Shown: in pieces, positions 8,628 through 17,217 of the stretch
Layout of the letters: each line of letters begins with the position of its first letter
Numbering within the stretch: the first letter of the stretch is position 1
Assembly: GCA_046290215.1 (NCBI GenBank)
Contig: JBKAGC010000001.1
Span: forward strand, 2,936 to 66,935
Direction of reading: 5' to 3'
Length of the DNA stretch: 64,000 nucleotides
From: Pseudomonadales bacterium
GTDB taxonomy: Bacteria; Pseudomonadota; Gammaproteobacteria; Pseudomonadales; Azotimanducaceae
Notes under the pieces: model-generated
Told to the model about the DNA's origin: nothing
The model's input: only the letters and a program-made list of their open reading frames with translations
Database searches by the model: none
Program-made: the position numbers and the translations under genes

Positions 8628-9877
8628 TTCCTTTGCTCTTTGGCCACAGTCTCGGCCAACAGGTCCGCTTGTGTTTTTGCTGGGATAGATAATTCCACGG
8701 TCAAGCCGCCACTACGATTTGTCCCGAGTCTAAGTTTGCCGCCCAGGGACTCCACCACCGCCTGAACCACAGCGAGCCCTAAACCTGTGCCTTTGACTTT
8801 GGTGGTATAGAACGGCTCAAGGACCCGGCCAATTTCCGTCTTAGAAATGCCCGGGCCGTTATCTTCGATTGTTAGTAACAGTTGATCATGCGTTGCAGTG
8901 CCAGTGATATTAATGGTCAAGCGGGACTGCTCCGAGGACTCAATATGGGCTTCCTGGGCATTATTGATGAGGTTTAAAACGGCGCTAATCAGGGCCGCTG
9001 GATTACAGGTTAAATGCAGGTCTTTAGTTTTGTTTTCGTATTGCACAGCGACACCTTCTAGTTTCGGTGTTGCCGCCACTTCCTTTTGCAGGCGCCAGAA
9101 TAGGTCCTGCACAGTAATATATTGGTCGCGCGTTTGACTGCCACTGGCGAAGATCAACAGGTCGCTAATTTGTTGCTCGACATTTTTTAACTGCCGCAGC
9201 AACTTGGCAGCAAAAGGTGTTTTCTGCGCGGCGGGCAAAGTCTCATCCTGGAGATGCCCCGCATACAACATGGCTGATGACAAAGGCGTGCGGATCTGAT
9301 GGGCAAGATACGCCACCATCTTGCCCATGGTGGTCAAGCGATCCTGACGACTCAACTGGGCTTGTAGAGCACGCGTTTCGGTTTGGTCGGTGAGCAAAAT
9401 AAGTTGGCCGTCGCCACCAGGTAGACCAGCGCCAATCATAGAGCGCGTGGCAATGCTTAAGCGGCGGCCATCACGTAACGAGATTTCATGACCGTCATCA
9501 ACTTGCGGAGCGAATTTGGCTTCGATTATTTCCGTCCAGCGCCCGCCTAGTAACTCAGGACCGAGAAAATCTTCCGCGGCAGGGTTACATTGTTGCACGA
9601 CACCGTGTGAATCCAGCACCACAACACCACCTGGCAGTAGGGTCAACAAGTGCTCCAGCCGGGTTGCGATGTGCTGCCGGTCGATGGAAGCACGAAGCTT
9701 TTCTTTGTGGCTTTCCACCAGTTCCTGTTGCAACTCTGAGACGTGATCTTGAAGCTGCTGGTAAGACTCGGTGAGTTGTGCCGACACAGCAGAAAACGTC
9801 GCAAACGCGGACTCCAGACCCATGCGATCTTCGGCCTGGGCTTGCTCACTGGTTACTACCCTTTGCGATTTACTCAA
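8624..9877 (-). CDS. fleS: sensor histidine kinase (FleS/FlrB type)
   Basis: 417 aa. It has a PAS-like region, an H-box (AYLAHQIRTPL) and HATPase N/G boxes (NLINNAQEA, GTGLGLAVV). Confidence 0.9.
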   Translation of the reverse strand: MSKSQRVVTSEQAQAEDRMGLESAFATFSAVSAQLTESYQQLQDHVSELQQELVESHKEKLRASIDRQHIATRLEHLLTLLPGGVVVLDSHGVVQQCNPAAEDFLGPELLGGRWTEIIEAKFAPQVDDGHEISLRDGRRLSIATRSMIGAGLPGGDGQLILLTDQTETRALQAQLSRQDRLTTMGKMVAYLAHQIRTPLSSAMLYAGHLQDETLPAAQKTPFAAKLLRQLKNVEQQISDLLIFASGSQTRDQYITVQDLFWRLQKEVAATPKLEGVAVQYENKTKDLHLTCNPAALISAVLNLINNAQEAHIESSEQSRLTINITGTATHDQLLLTIEDNGPGISKTEIGRVLEPFYTTKVKGTGLGLAVVQAVVESLGGKLRLGTNRSGGLTVELSIPAKTQADLLAETVAKEQRK

Positions 9878-10058
9878 CGGTTCAATCCTTTGTTCGCTGC
9901 GTGGTCAAATAAATTGGCGTGACAACTGCGTTGCTTTCCCTGACGATTCCTTTACGGCTATCTACTTCCGTATCCCTGTACCAGGAGGTTGCCCTCGAGG
10001 TTCCTTGCCGTTCCGCCGTCAACATCCCGTCGACTTGTTGTCACGCCACCTATCTTTT

Positions 10059-10074
10059 TGCATATAGCGTGCCA
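10059..10074 (-). promoter_or_regulatory. sigma54 (-24/-12) promoter candidate for fleS-fleR
   Basis: The minus strand reads TGGCACgctatATGCA, which fits GG-N10-GC. It lies about 180 nt upstream of the fleS start. Confidence 0.6.
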
Positions 10075-10180
10075 GCTAAAAAATATATCTACATATCAAT
10101 AGGTTAGATCTTGCCTTCGATACTAAAAGGCATTTTGATGACTGTTTTCTGGCGGCAATTTGCCGGCATAAATCGCGCCC

Positions 10181-10208
10181 AGAAAAAAAGGAGGCAAGCC
10201 TCCTTTTT
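10181..10208 (-). terminator. rho-independent terminator after fleQ
   Basis: The minus strand reads aaaaaGGAGGcttgCCTCCttttttt, starting about 28 nt after the fleQ stop. Confidence 0.75.
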
Positions 10209-10235
10209 CACGATGATGGTACTGAAGTAACCCGG

Positions 10236-11678
10236 CTATTTTTGCAAACCATACTTACGCATTTTTTCTACCAGGGTGGTGCGTCGAATGTGCAGCTTAT
10301 CCGCTGCTCGTGCTACCACACTGTTAGAATCATCCAATGCTTGTTGAATCAGGTCTTTCTCCAACTTGGTGAGATAGTCCTTCAGGTTCAAGCCATTAAC
10401 GGGCAACAGCGCGGTATCGTTCATGTTAACGATCTTTGGCGTTGACCCAATGTCAGACTCAAGCACTTCAACCACATCATCTTCATCGCCAGGATCAACA
10501 TGGCGAAACTTCTCGGGCAAATCCTGGACGCCAATTACGCCGTACGGATGCAAAATGGTCATGCGCTCCACCAGGTTGGCAAGTTCACGAACATTGCCAG
10601 ACCATTCGTGACGGCATAACGACATAATGGCGGCAGAGTTAAAGCGAATAGAACCGCGTTTCTCATTTTCCATACGGGTAATCAGGTCATTTAACAGCAG
10701 CGGGATGTCCTCAACCCGTTCTTTCAGGCAAGGCATCTCGATGGGGAAGACATTCAAGCGATAGTACAAATCCTCACGGAAGCTGCCGTCGCTAATCATG
10801 TCTTCTAGATTTTTATGAGTGGCGGCGATGATTCGCACATTAGTGCTGATGCTCTCGTTACTACCCACTCGTTCGAAAGAGCGCTCCTGCAACACGCGCA
10901 AAATCTTTACTTGCATATGCAGCGGCATATCGCCAATTTCATCGAGGAACAAGGTACCGCCCTGGGCCAATTCAAAACGGCCCTGGCGATTTGAAATTGC
11001 CCCGGTAAATGAACCCTTTTCGTGCCCGAACAATTCACTCTCTAAAAGTTCTGAAGGAATCGCACCGCAATTGACGGGCACGAAAGGTTCATCTCTCCTC
11101 GGCGAGTTATAGTGCAGATTCCGTGCAACCACCTCTTTACCCGTACCAGAAGCACCGGTAATTAATACCGTCACATCTTTGTCGGCCACCTGGGCCATCA
11201 TTTCTCGCACTTCGCTGACCTTGCGAGAAGTGCCTACCAGAGATCGGAACAGCTTGGCGTTGCGGCCCTGTTCACGTTGCCGGTTGATGTCGTAATGCTC
11301 GCGGTAAACCTGGGCGCGATGGAGGGAATCTAATAGTTTGTTATAGCTTGGCGGCATGGCGATATTGGCGATGACGTTGCTCTGGTACTCGTCTGAAAGC
11401 ACTTCTTTGGCAATGTCGCCCAGCAGCAACACCGGCACGGTTGAATCCCATTGATCAATCGCATCAAGCGCTAGTTCCAGGGTTTCCTCATCACAGTGCA
11501 CGCCAAATAGCACACAGGAAATTTCCCGCGAATCGGCAACCTGTTCTTCTACGACATCACGCCAGTCACCAAGGCTGGTGCTGATAACGGATTCACCCAG
11601 GAAACGTAGGATCGTTTCCATATCGCGACGCTGATCCACGTCGTCTTCAATTAGGAGTACTTTGATTTCTCGCCACAT
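10236..11678 (-). CDS. fleQ: sigma54-dependent flagellar master regulator (FleQ/FlrA type)
   Basis: 480 aa. It has a FleQ-type N-terminal pseudo-receiver, an AAA+ domain (GASGTGKE, GSFTGA) and a C-terminal HTH. It sits in the canonical position upstream of fleSR. Confidence 0.9.
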   Translation of the reverse strand: MWREIKVLLIEDDVDQRRDMETILRFLGESVISTSLGDWRDVVEEQVADSREISCVLFGVHCDEETLELALDAIDQWDSTVPVLLLGDIAKEVLSDEYQSNVIANIAMPPSYNKLLDSLHRAQVYREHYDINRQREQGRNAKLFRSLVGTSRKVSEVREMMAQVADKDVTVLITGASGTGKEVVARNLHYNSPRRDEPFVPVNCGAIPSELLESELFGHEKGSFTGAISNRQGRFELAQGGTLFLDEIGDMPLHMQVKILRVLQERSFERVGSNESISTNVRIIAATHKNLEDMISDGSFREDLYYRLNVFPIEMPCLKERVEDIPLLLNDLITRMENEKRGSIRFNSAAIMSLCRHEWSGNVRELANLVERMTILHPYGVIGVQDLPEKFRHVDPGDEDDVVEVLESDIGSTPKIVNMNDTALLPVNGLNLKDYLTKLEKDLIQQALDDSNSVVARAADKLHIRRTTLVEKMRKYGLQK

Positions 11679-11764
11679 GTCACTGACTGCCCTTGTTTGC
11701 CGCTTAATAACTCAATCTCAAGCCGGTGATCTGAATGACGTAAATTCGTCACCGGCAGTATTGA

Positions 11765-11791
11765 GTAAAGACGGAAATCGGGCATTGTCAA
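11765..11791 (-). promoter_or_regulatory. sigma70-type promoter candidate for fleQ
   Basis: The minus strand has TTGACA, a 16-nt spacer, then TTTACT, about 80 nt upstream of the fleQ ATG. Confidence 0.35.
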
Positions 11792-11817
11792 ATCAATGAC
11801 GATAAAAAATTTAATTC

Positions 11818-11852
11818 GTCAGTTTTTTGTCTTCTTGCTGGACAAAACTGAC
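11818..11852 (-). terminator. stem-loop just after the fliT-like gene (possible terminator or attenuator)
   Basis: GTCAGTTTTGTC / GACAAAA(AA)CTGAC arms with a 9-nt loop. A T-run lies a few nt further on. Confidence 0.4.
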
Positions 11853-11863
11853 ATTTTGGGCTT

Positions 11864-12190
11864 CTAGCGCACCACGCTCATTTGCCGGTACACCTGATTG
11901 CGCGATTGCGCCCTGCGGAGCTGCAATACCTCAGCAGAGATACTGCCCTTTTGCTCATTAAACTCACTGAGGAGTTCGCGATAAAAGGCCAGAGTTTCAC
12001 GCAGCATTTCAAATAAATGCTCATCGCTGGCGTCAATAATTCGCTTGACCAACGAACGGCAGTGTTTGTCCAGATCGGCAAGATCTTGCCACCGTCCCTG
12101 GTGGAAAGCGGTTCGCATGCCGCGGCGGATGTCGATGAGCTCATCAGCCATCGTTAACTCGCTATGGCGATTTACAGGGGTATCGATCAT
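11864..12190 (-). CDS. small helical protein, putative FliT-like flagellar chaperone
   Basis: 108 aa. It overlaps the fliS stop by 4 nt, which is the canonical fliS-fliT position. The GRWQDLADLDKHCRSLV motif resembles the FliT W..L..L core. Confidence 0.4.
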   Translation of the reverse strand: MIDTPVNRHSELTMADELIDIRRGMRTAFHQGRWQDLADLDKHCRSLVKRIIDASDEHLFEMLRETLAFYRELLSEFNEQKGSISAEVLQLRRAQSRNQVYRQMSVVR

Positions 12191-12579
12191 CGCGCTTCAA
12201 CCTCATCCTTGATGCCATCCCAACCTTCTTTGATGGTCTTTACCAGACCAATCACTTCATCAATGATGTCCGTGTCATTGGCCACGCCCGCGGCAAACAC
12301 GCGGCGGGTCATATAAAGATAGAGGCGATCCAGGTTTTCTGCAATTTCACCACCACGTTCAGCGTCCAGGGCATCTTGCAATGCACCGATAATAGTGATG
12401 GCAGAGCCCAGCGCACGGGACTTACCCTCATAATCCTTGCGACCGATAAAGCCCTTGGCAGTGGCCAGACGACCAATCAAACCGTCGAACATCATGGTAA
12501 TTAGCTGATGTGGACTGGCGTCCATGACACTGGTTTGCACATTCATTTGTTGGTATTGCTTGGCGCCTGATCCGTACAT
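12187..12579 (-). CDS. fliS: flagellin-specific chaperone FliS
   Basis: 130 aa. The sequence (...ASPHQLITMMFDGL...LYLYMTRRV...) is typical of FliS. Confidence 0.9.
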   Translation of the reverse strand: MYGSGAKQYQQMNVQTSVMDASPHQLITMMFDGLIGRLATAKGFIGRKDYEGKSRALGSAITIIGALQDALDAERGGEIAENLDRLYLYMTRRVFAAGVANDTDIIDEVIGLVKTIKEGWDGIKDEVEAR

Positions 12580-12663
12580 GAGTCGCTGTCCTTTTTCGTA
12601 ATGCCCACTACAACCTGCAGGAGTCTGTTTGGCTCATCGACTCTACTGCGGTGACTAAATAAG

Positions 12664-12691
12664 TTGACGGCTGCTGGTGAAATTTCTTTAG
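12664..12691 (-). promoter_or_regulatory. sigma28 (FliA) promoter candidate for fliS
   Basis: The minus strand reads cTAAAg-N14-GCCGTCAA. The consensus is TAAA-N15-GCCGATAA. Confidence 0.55.
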
Positions 12692-12724
12692 ACAAAATAT
12701 TTTTTTAAAGATGCTTTCAAAGGT

Positions 12725-12739
12725 TGGCCCGCCTTTTGC
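12725..12739 (+). promoter_or_regulatory. sigma54 promoter candidate for the methyltransferase-hydrolase-GGDEF unit
   Basis: TGGCCCgccttTTGC fits GG-N10-GC. It lies about 45 nt upstream of the ATG at 12783. Confidence 0.5.
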
Positions 12740-12782
12740 TTTTTAGTGACCTACCGAATGAACCGGCAATGACGGCTAACTC

Positions 12783-14879
12783 ATGGACAATCTAAAACGA
12801 CAGTCAGAACCGAAGCAGCAAGCGAAGACCCAGATCCCGCTCGGGGTCAAGCGCAAGATCAACAAGCTGCTAGAAGAGGCAAGTTTTGCCTATGACAGTA
12901 CTTACAACGAACCGGGTGCAGATCAGAGCAGAATTCACAAGCTCAGAGGTCGAGCCAGGTCATTGGCCAATCGTGCCCTGGCACGACAACCGGACAATAT
13001 TGACGCTTTAAACTTGTTGGGGCGCATTGCCCTGGACGATGGCGACCTGAGCCGGGCTGGCAAGATCCTCGATCAAGCTTTAAGTTTCGAGCCAGATGCC
13101 ATTAGCCTGAACTATTCACGGGGTCATGTTTACCTGGCGAGTCAAAACTACGCTGCAGCTGAACAATTGTTTGCCCGGGTTGAACAACAAGCACCGGGCG
13201 CTACTCGTGCCAAGGCATCGCTAGCCTTTACCCGGACCAAACAAGGTGCCTGGGTGGAAGCGTTTGCCGACTACCGCGACTTAATCAAACACGATCAAAG
13301 CGACCCTCATATAAAAAACAAACTATTTGAATGTTTACGCCACATCAAAGCTGATTACTATGCACCCGAGTTAGAGAATGAGATCGTCACCTACTTAAGC
13401 TTTGAGGATGTTGATCATAACGAGCTATCAAATTTTGCCGCGTCGCTGCTCATTCATAAGTACGATTTGATTGGTGGGAACTCACCACTAGATCCGCAGC
13501 AGCTCTCTAACGACAAGTTCTTAAATCTGGCTTTGCGCCGCTGTCAGTTTCGCAACCCTGTGGTGGAGGAGTTTTTAACCGCTTGCCGACAGTGCATCTT
13601 GCAAGAATCCATCGACCAGCAGCGCATCGACAGTCGGTTTATGGAGTTTCTTGTGAGCATCTCTTTGCAGTGCATAAACAACGAGTTCGTTTATGCCGTG
13701 TCGTTGACGGAAGAGAAGGTGATTCATGAGCTGCGGAACATGGTCCAGGAAACCGTGCGCAGCCACGACTGGCAAACCATGGAGGTGGAATATCCACTGT
13801 TGTTGCTGAGCATGTATTCCCTGCTGCATCACAATAGCTTCCGCGATCATCTATTGCGTAAGCCGCTCTCTGCCTGGTCCAGTGAGATGCGTCCTGTGAT
13901 TGAGCCGCACTTATACGAGCCACAAAAAGAGCGTGAAATTGAACGACGAATCGAAACCCTCGGTGAAATACATCACCCAGTTTCGAAAGCCGTGGCCCAG
14001 CAGTATGAAGAGAATCCATACCCCCGTTGGCGCAAGTTAGCCTTTGCGACGCCAACCGACTATGCCCAGGCATTAAGTGCTGAACTGTTGGGATTTACAC
14101 CACCCTCGTTTCTCCACAACCAGACTATTCGTGTGTTGATTGCAGGCTGCGGCACCGGCCGCCACGCTCTGCAAGTCGCCAAGCACTTTCGCAATGTTGA
14201 AGTCACGGCAATTGATCTGTCACGCGCAAGTTTGGCTTATGGCATTAAGCAAGCCAGAGCGCTAAAGGTGGACAACATTGAGTTCTTCCAGGCTGATCTA
14301 CTGAATCTGCCAGCCACACCGAAGTATCACATCATCGAGTCATCCGGTGTTTTGCATCACATGCAAGAGCCAATTAAAGGCTGGCAGGCACTAACGAAAC
14401 TGTTGGAACCTGGCGGCTTAATGAAGGTAAGCCTCTATAGCGAGCGAGCCAGACGGATCGTCACCACGGCACGGCAAATCATTGCTGAGAACAAAATGGA
14501 CGCCATTGACGAGCATATTCGTATATTCCGCCAGGCAATTCTTGACGGTCAGATTAGCGGGGACTTTGGGCCAATCATCCAATCCAATGATTTTTACAAT
14601 CTCAGCGGAACCAGGGATTTGTTGTTCAACGTCCAGGAGCATCTGTTTTCACCGCTTGCGATCCAGGCATGTGTAAACACCGTTGGCTTAAAGTTCCTGG
14701 GTTTTGTCCATTTGCCTTATGACGTGAAACAGGTCTTCGACAAAAACTTCCCCAATGACCCAAGGCGCATCAATCTTGAGAACTGGGACAAGTTCGAAGA
14801 AGCCGCGCCAGATGTATTTGGCAACATGTATCAGTTTTACTGTCAGTTGCAATCAGACAATATCGCCAGACTGGGATAG
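12783..14879 (+). CDS. TPR-repeat protein fused to a class I SAM-dependent methyltransferase
   Basis: 698 aa. The N-terminus is TPR-like. SAM motif I is VLIAGCGTGRH, followed by IESSGVLHHM. It is a clear paralog of the 27419..29224 product. Confidence 0.8.
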   Translation: MDNLKRQSEPKQQAKTQIPLGVKRKINKLLEEASFAYDSTYNEPGADQSRIHKLRGRARSLANRALARQPDNIDALNLLGRIALDDGDLSRAGKILDQALSFEPDAISLNYSRGHVYLASQNYAAAEQLFARVEQQAPGATRAKASLAFTRTKQGAWVEAFADYRDLIKHDQSDPHIKNKLFECLRHIKADYYAPELENEIVTYLSFEDVDHNELSNFAASLLIHKYDLIGGNSPLDPQQLSNDKFLNLALRRCQFRNPVVEEFLTACRQCILQESIDQQRIDSRFMEFLVSISLQCINNEFVYAVSLTEEKVIHELRNMVQETVRSHDWQTMEVEYPLLLLSMYSLLHHNSFRDHLLRKPLSAWSSEMRPVIEPHLYEPQKEREIERRIETLGEIHHPVSKAVAQQYEENPYPRWRKLAFATPTDYAQALSAELLGFTPPSFLHNQTIRVLIAGCGTGRHALQVAKHFRNVEVTAIDLSRASLAYGIKQARALKVDNIEFFQADLLNLPATPKYHIIESSGVLHHMQEPIKGWQALTKLLEPGGLMKVSLYSERARRIVTTARQIIAENKMDAIDEHIRIFRQAILDGQISGDFGPIIQSNDFYNLSGTRDLLFNVQEHLFSPLAIQACVNTVGLKFLGFVHLPYDVKQVFDKNFPNDPRRINLENWDKFEEAAPDVFGNMYQFYCQLQSDNIARLG

Positions 14880-14918
14880 GTTCGGTACACTCTGCTCTGA
14901 ACCGGAGCAGAGTGTCCT

Positions 14919-15886
14919 ATGTTTACCACTTTGATTGTCATCCTGGTGGTCTTCGCCATCTTTAAGTTTGCGCCACGGCCAAAACTTGACGCCACGCCTC
15001 GCACCACCCAGGTCCCCAACATTGCCCTGTCACAACTGCCGAACTGGCTGGAATCCCAGGAGGGCCGTGTATCACGCTTAATTGACGGCAATGCGGCGCA
15101 TATTGAATGGGCCAACCCTGACAACCCACAACAAACCGAACTGAGTTTTTTATATCTACACGGCTTTTCTGCCACCTGGCAGGAAACCGCCCCTCTTACC
15201 AGCCGATTAGCAGCCGAACGAGGTGCTAACGTGGTCCACGGCCGTCTTGCCGGTCATGGTGAAGGTAGTGACGGTATGCTGACACCAGCTGAACACTGGC
15301 TGCAAAGTGTTACGGACCACTTCGACATTGCCACCCGGGTCGGCAAGAAGGTAGTTGTGGTAGCCACGTCCACTGGCTGTACGCTGACCACTTATCTAGT
15401 CAATCAGCCGGCACTAAGAGACAAGATCCATGCCTGTATTTTTCTTTCGCCGAATTTTCGCGTTCGCAGCCCGTTTGGTTTTTTACTCACCTGGCCATTT
15501 TCCAGCAAGTGGGTACACCTGATTCTTGGCCGCGAACACAAATGGGAGCCCATTTCCGAACAACAGGCTCAAGCCTGGACACACCAGTACTCCACCCTGG
15601 CATTAATTGAAATGCAAAAGACTGTGGACTTTGCAGCGCGACTGGATTACGGCAGCTTTAGTACGCCGTTAGCCGTGATGTATATGCAAAACGACACCAC
15701 GATTTACCCCCTGCGGCGATTGATGTGTTTAACCGCTGGGGTGCCAGAAGCAAAACCTTGATCAGGGTAGAACCGAACGGCGAGGCGGAAGAGCATGTAT
15801 TTGTCGGTGACATCGTCGCGCCCGATCGCCTGGACTGGTGTTTGGCAAGATTAAATCAATTTCTTGATGATCTAGCTCGTGATTGA
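14919..15886 (+). pseudogene. alpha/beta-hydrolase (lipase/esterase-like) with a frameshift at the C5 run 15707-15711
   Basis: The ORF 14919..15761 has the nucleophile elbow VVATSTGC. The protein-like continuation (AAIDVFNRWGARSKTLIRVEPNGEAEEHVFVGDIVAPDRLDWCLARLNQFLDDLARD*) is in another frame. It ends at 15886 in a GTGA overlap with the next gene. Confidence 0.65.
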
Positions 15887-17090
15887 ACGCATCGGCCAAA
15901 GTCTGTTTTTGCCAACGGTATTGTTTGGCTTTGCCTTTTTTGCTGCCGGACAGGAGCACAGACTACCTGCTGACGCTCGCTTGCTCCTCGGCTATTTGCC
16001 CTATGTCAGTTTACTGTTGGTGGCGGTCATCGCCAGCGCTTTTAATCGCGGCCGGTCATTAATGGCCGCGAGTTTTGGCTTGCTGGTGTTACTTGCCGAT
16101 CAATATTCTGAGCTGGCCTTGTTACCTGCCCTAATGCTGGCTGTGATCCCATTTAATGTTGCGCTACTCGCCTGGCTCCCAGAACGTGGCGCGTTAACGG
16201 CCGGTGGCATGACGCGAATCATTCTTCTGGTAGGCCAAATACTCGGTTTGTTTTATCTGGCGGATAGCTACGAGGCAGTCTTGAAGGCATGGCTCGAATG
16301 GCCTCTGTTATCGACCTGGCCGGAGATCTTTAGCCACTCACAAACTGCTGCCTTAATCGCCTTAGTCGCACTACTGATTAGCTTCGCTGCCAGTCATTTT
16401 AAGGCGGCGCCAATTAATCAATCACTGTTTGGTGCCAATGTTGGTTTCGTCGCCGTGCTGTTTCTCACCTTGCCAGCAGCAACCGAGGACGCCTTCTTGT
16501 TCACAGTTGCGTTGATGCTCGCCATTGGCTTGCTGCGGGACTACTACAATATGGCGTATCGGGATGAGCTCACGGGATTACCACAAAGACGTGCCTTAAA
16601 CGAAAGTATGACCTCCTTAGGGGGACGTTACTGTATCGCCATGCTCGACGTTGACCACTTCAAAAAATTTAATGATACCCACGGTCACGATGTGGGTGAT
16701 CAGGTACTGCAACTAGTGGCCAGCCAAATCAGGAAGGTGCAAGGAGGCGGCAAGGCGTATCGCTACGGCGGTGAAGAGTTTACCGTGGTGTTTAACAACA
16801 AAGCCGTGGATGATGCAGTGTACTTTCTTGATCAAGTGAGAAAGAACATCGAAGACTACGAAATGGTGATTCGCAACCAGGAACGTAAGCCCAATCAAGA
16901 GGACGACAAAGGCGGCAAGAAGTCCCGCAAACGCGGCTCGTACCGAAACGCCGAGAAGAAAGTCTCTGTCACCATCAGCATCGGTGTTTGTGAACGCAGC
17001 CGCGGCGAGCAACCGGACCAGGTTCTCAAAAAAGCCGATGAAGCCCTCTATCGCGCCAAAAAAGGCGGCCGCAATCAAGTAGCCACCTAG
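15879..17090 (+). CDS. membrane-anchored diguanylate cyclase (GGDEF domain, GGEEF active site)
   Basis: 403 aa. About 6 predicted TM helices are followed by a GGDEF domain (DVDHFKKFND...RYGGEEF). No RxxD I-site is present (RKVQ instead). A Lys-rich insert (KGGKKSRKRGS) sits in the domain. Confidence 0.85.
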   Translation: MIERIGQSLFLPTVLFGFAFFAAGQEHRLPADARLLLGYLPYVSLLLVAVIASAFNRGRSLMAASFGLLVLLADQYSELALLPALMLAVIPFNVALLAWLPERGALTAGGMTRIILLVGQILGLFYLADSYEAVLKAWLEWPLLSTWPEIFSHSQTAALIALVALLISFAASHFKAAPINQSLFGANVGFVAVLFLTLPAATEDAFLFTVALMLAIGLLRDYYNMAYRDELTGLPQRRALNESMTSLGGRYCIAMLDVDHFKKFNDTHGHDVGDQVLQLVASQIRKVQGGGKAYRYGGEEFTVVFNNKAVDDAVYFLDQVRKNIEDYEMVIRNQERKPNQEDDKGGKKSRKRGSYRNAEKKVSVTISIGVCERSRGEQPDQVLKKADEALYRAKKGGRNQVAT

Positions 17091-17211
17091 GGATACCTGG
17101 GGTCAGGATACCTGGGGTCAGGACCAAGTGCCAGGTCCAAATTGATACCGGGGCCGGACCAAGTCAGCTTGATTCAATGGCTGGTGACGAATTATTTTGC
17201 TGACCCCAATG
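17091..17211. repeat. composite REP-like element between the convergent GGDEF gene and fliD
   Basis: It contains a duplication (gatacctggggtcag x2), the core GGGGTCAGGACCAAGTGCCAGGTCC, a second degenerate core, and an inverted CTGACCCCAATG end. Confidence 0.8.
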
Positions 17212-17217
17212 CTTGGG

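Noticed and set aside
13639-14073. 144-aa minus-strand ORF (and 13575..13850) inside the first methyltransferase gene, and the 121-aa ORF at 16713..17078 inside the GGDEF gene
   Set aside because: These are antisense to well-supported coding regions that have clear domain motifs. They have no start context and their composition is biased.
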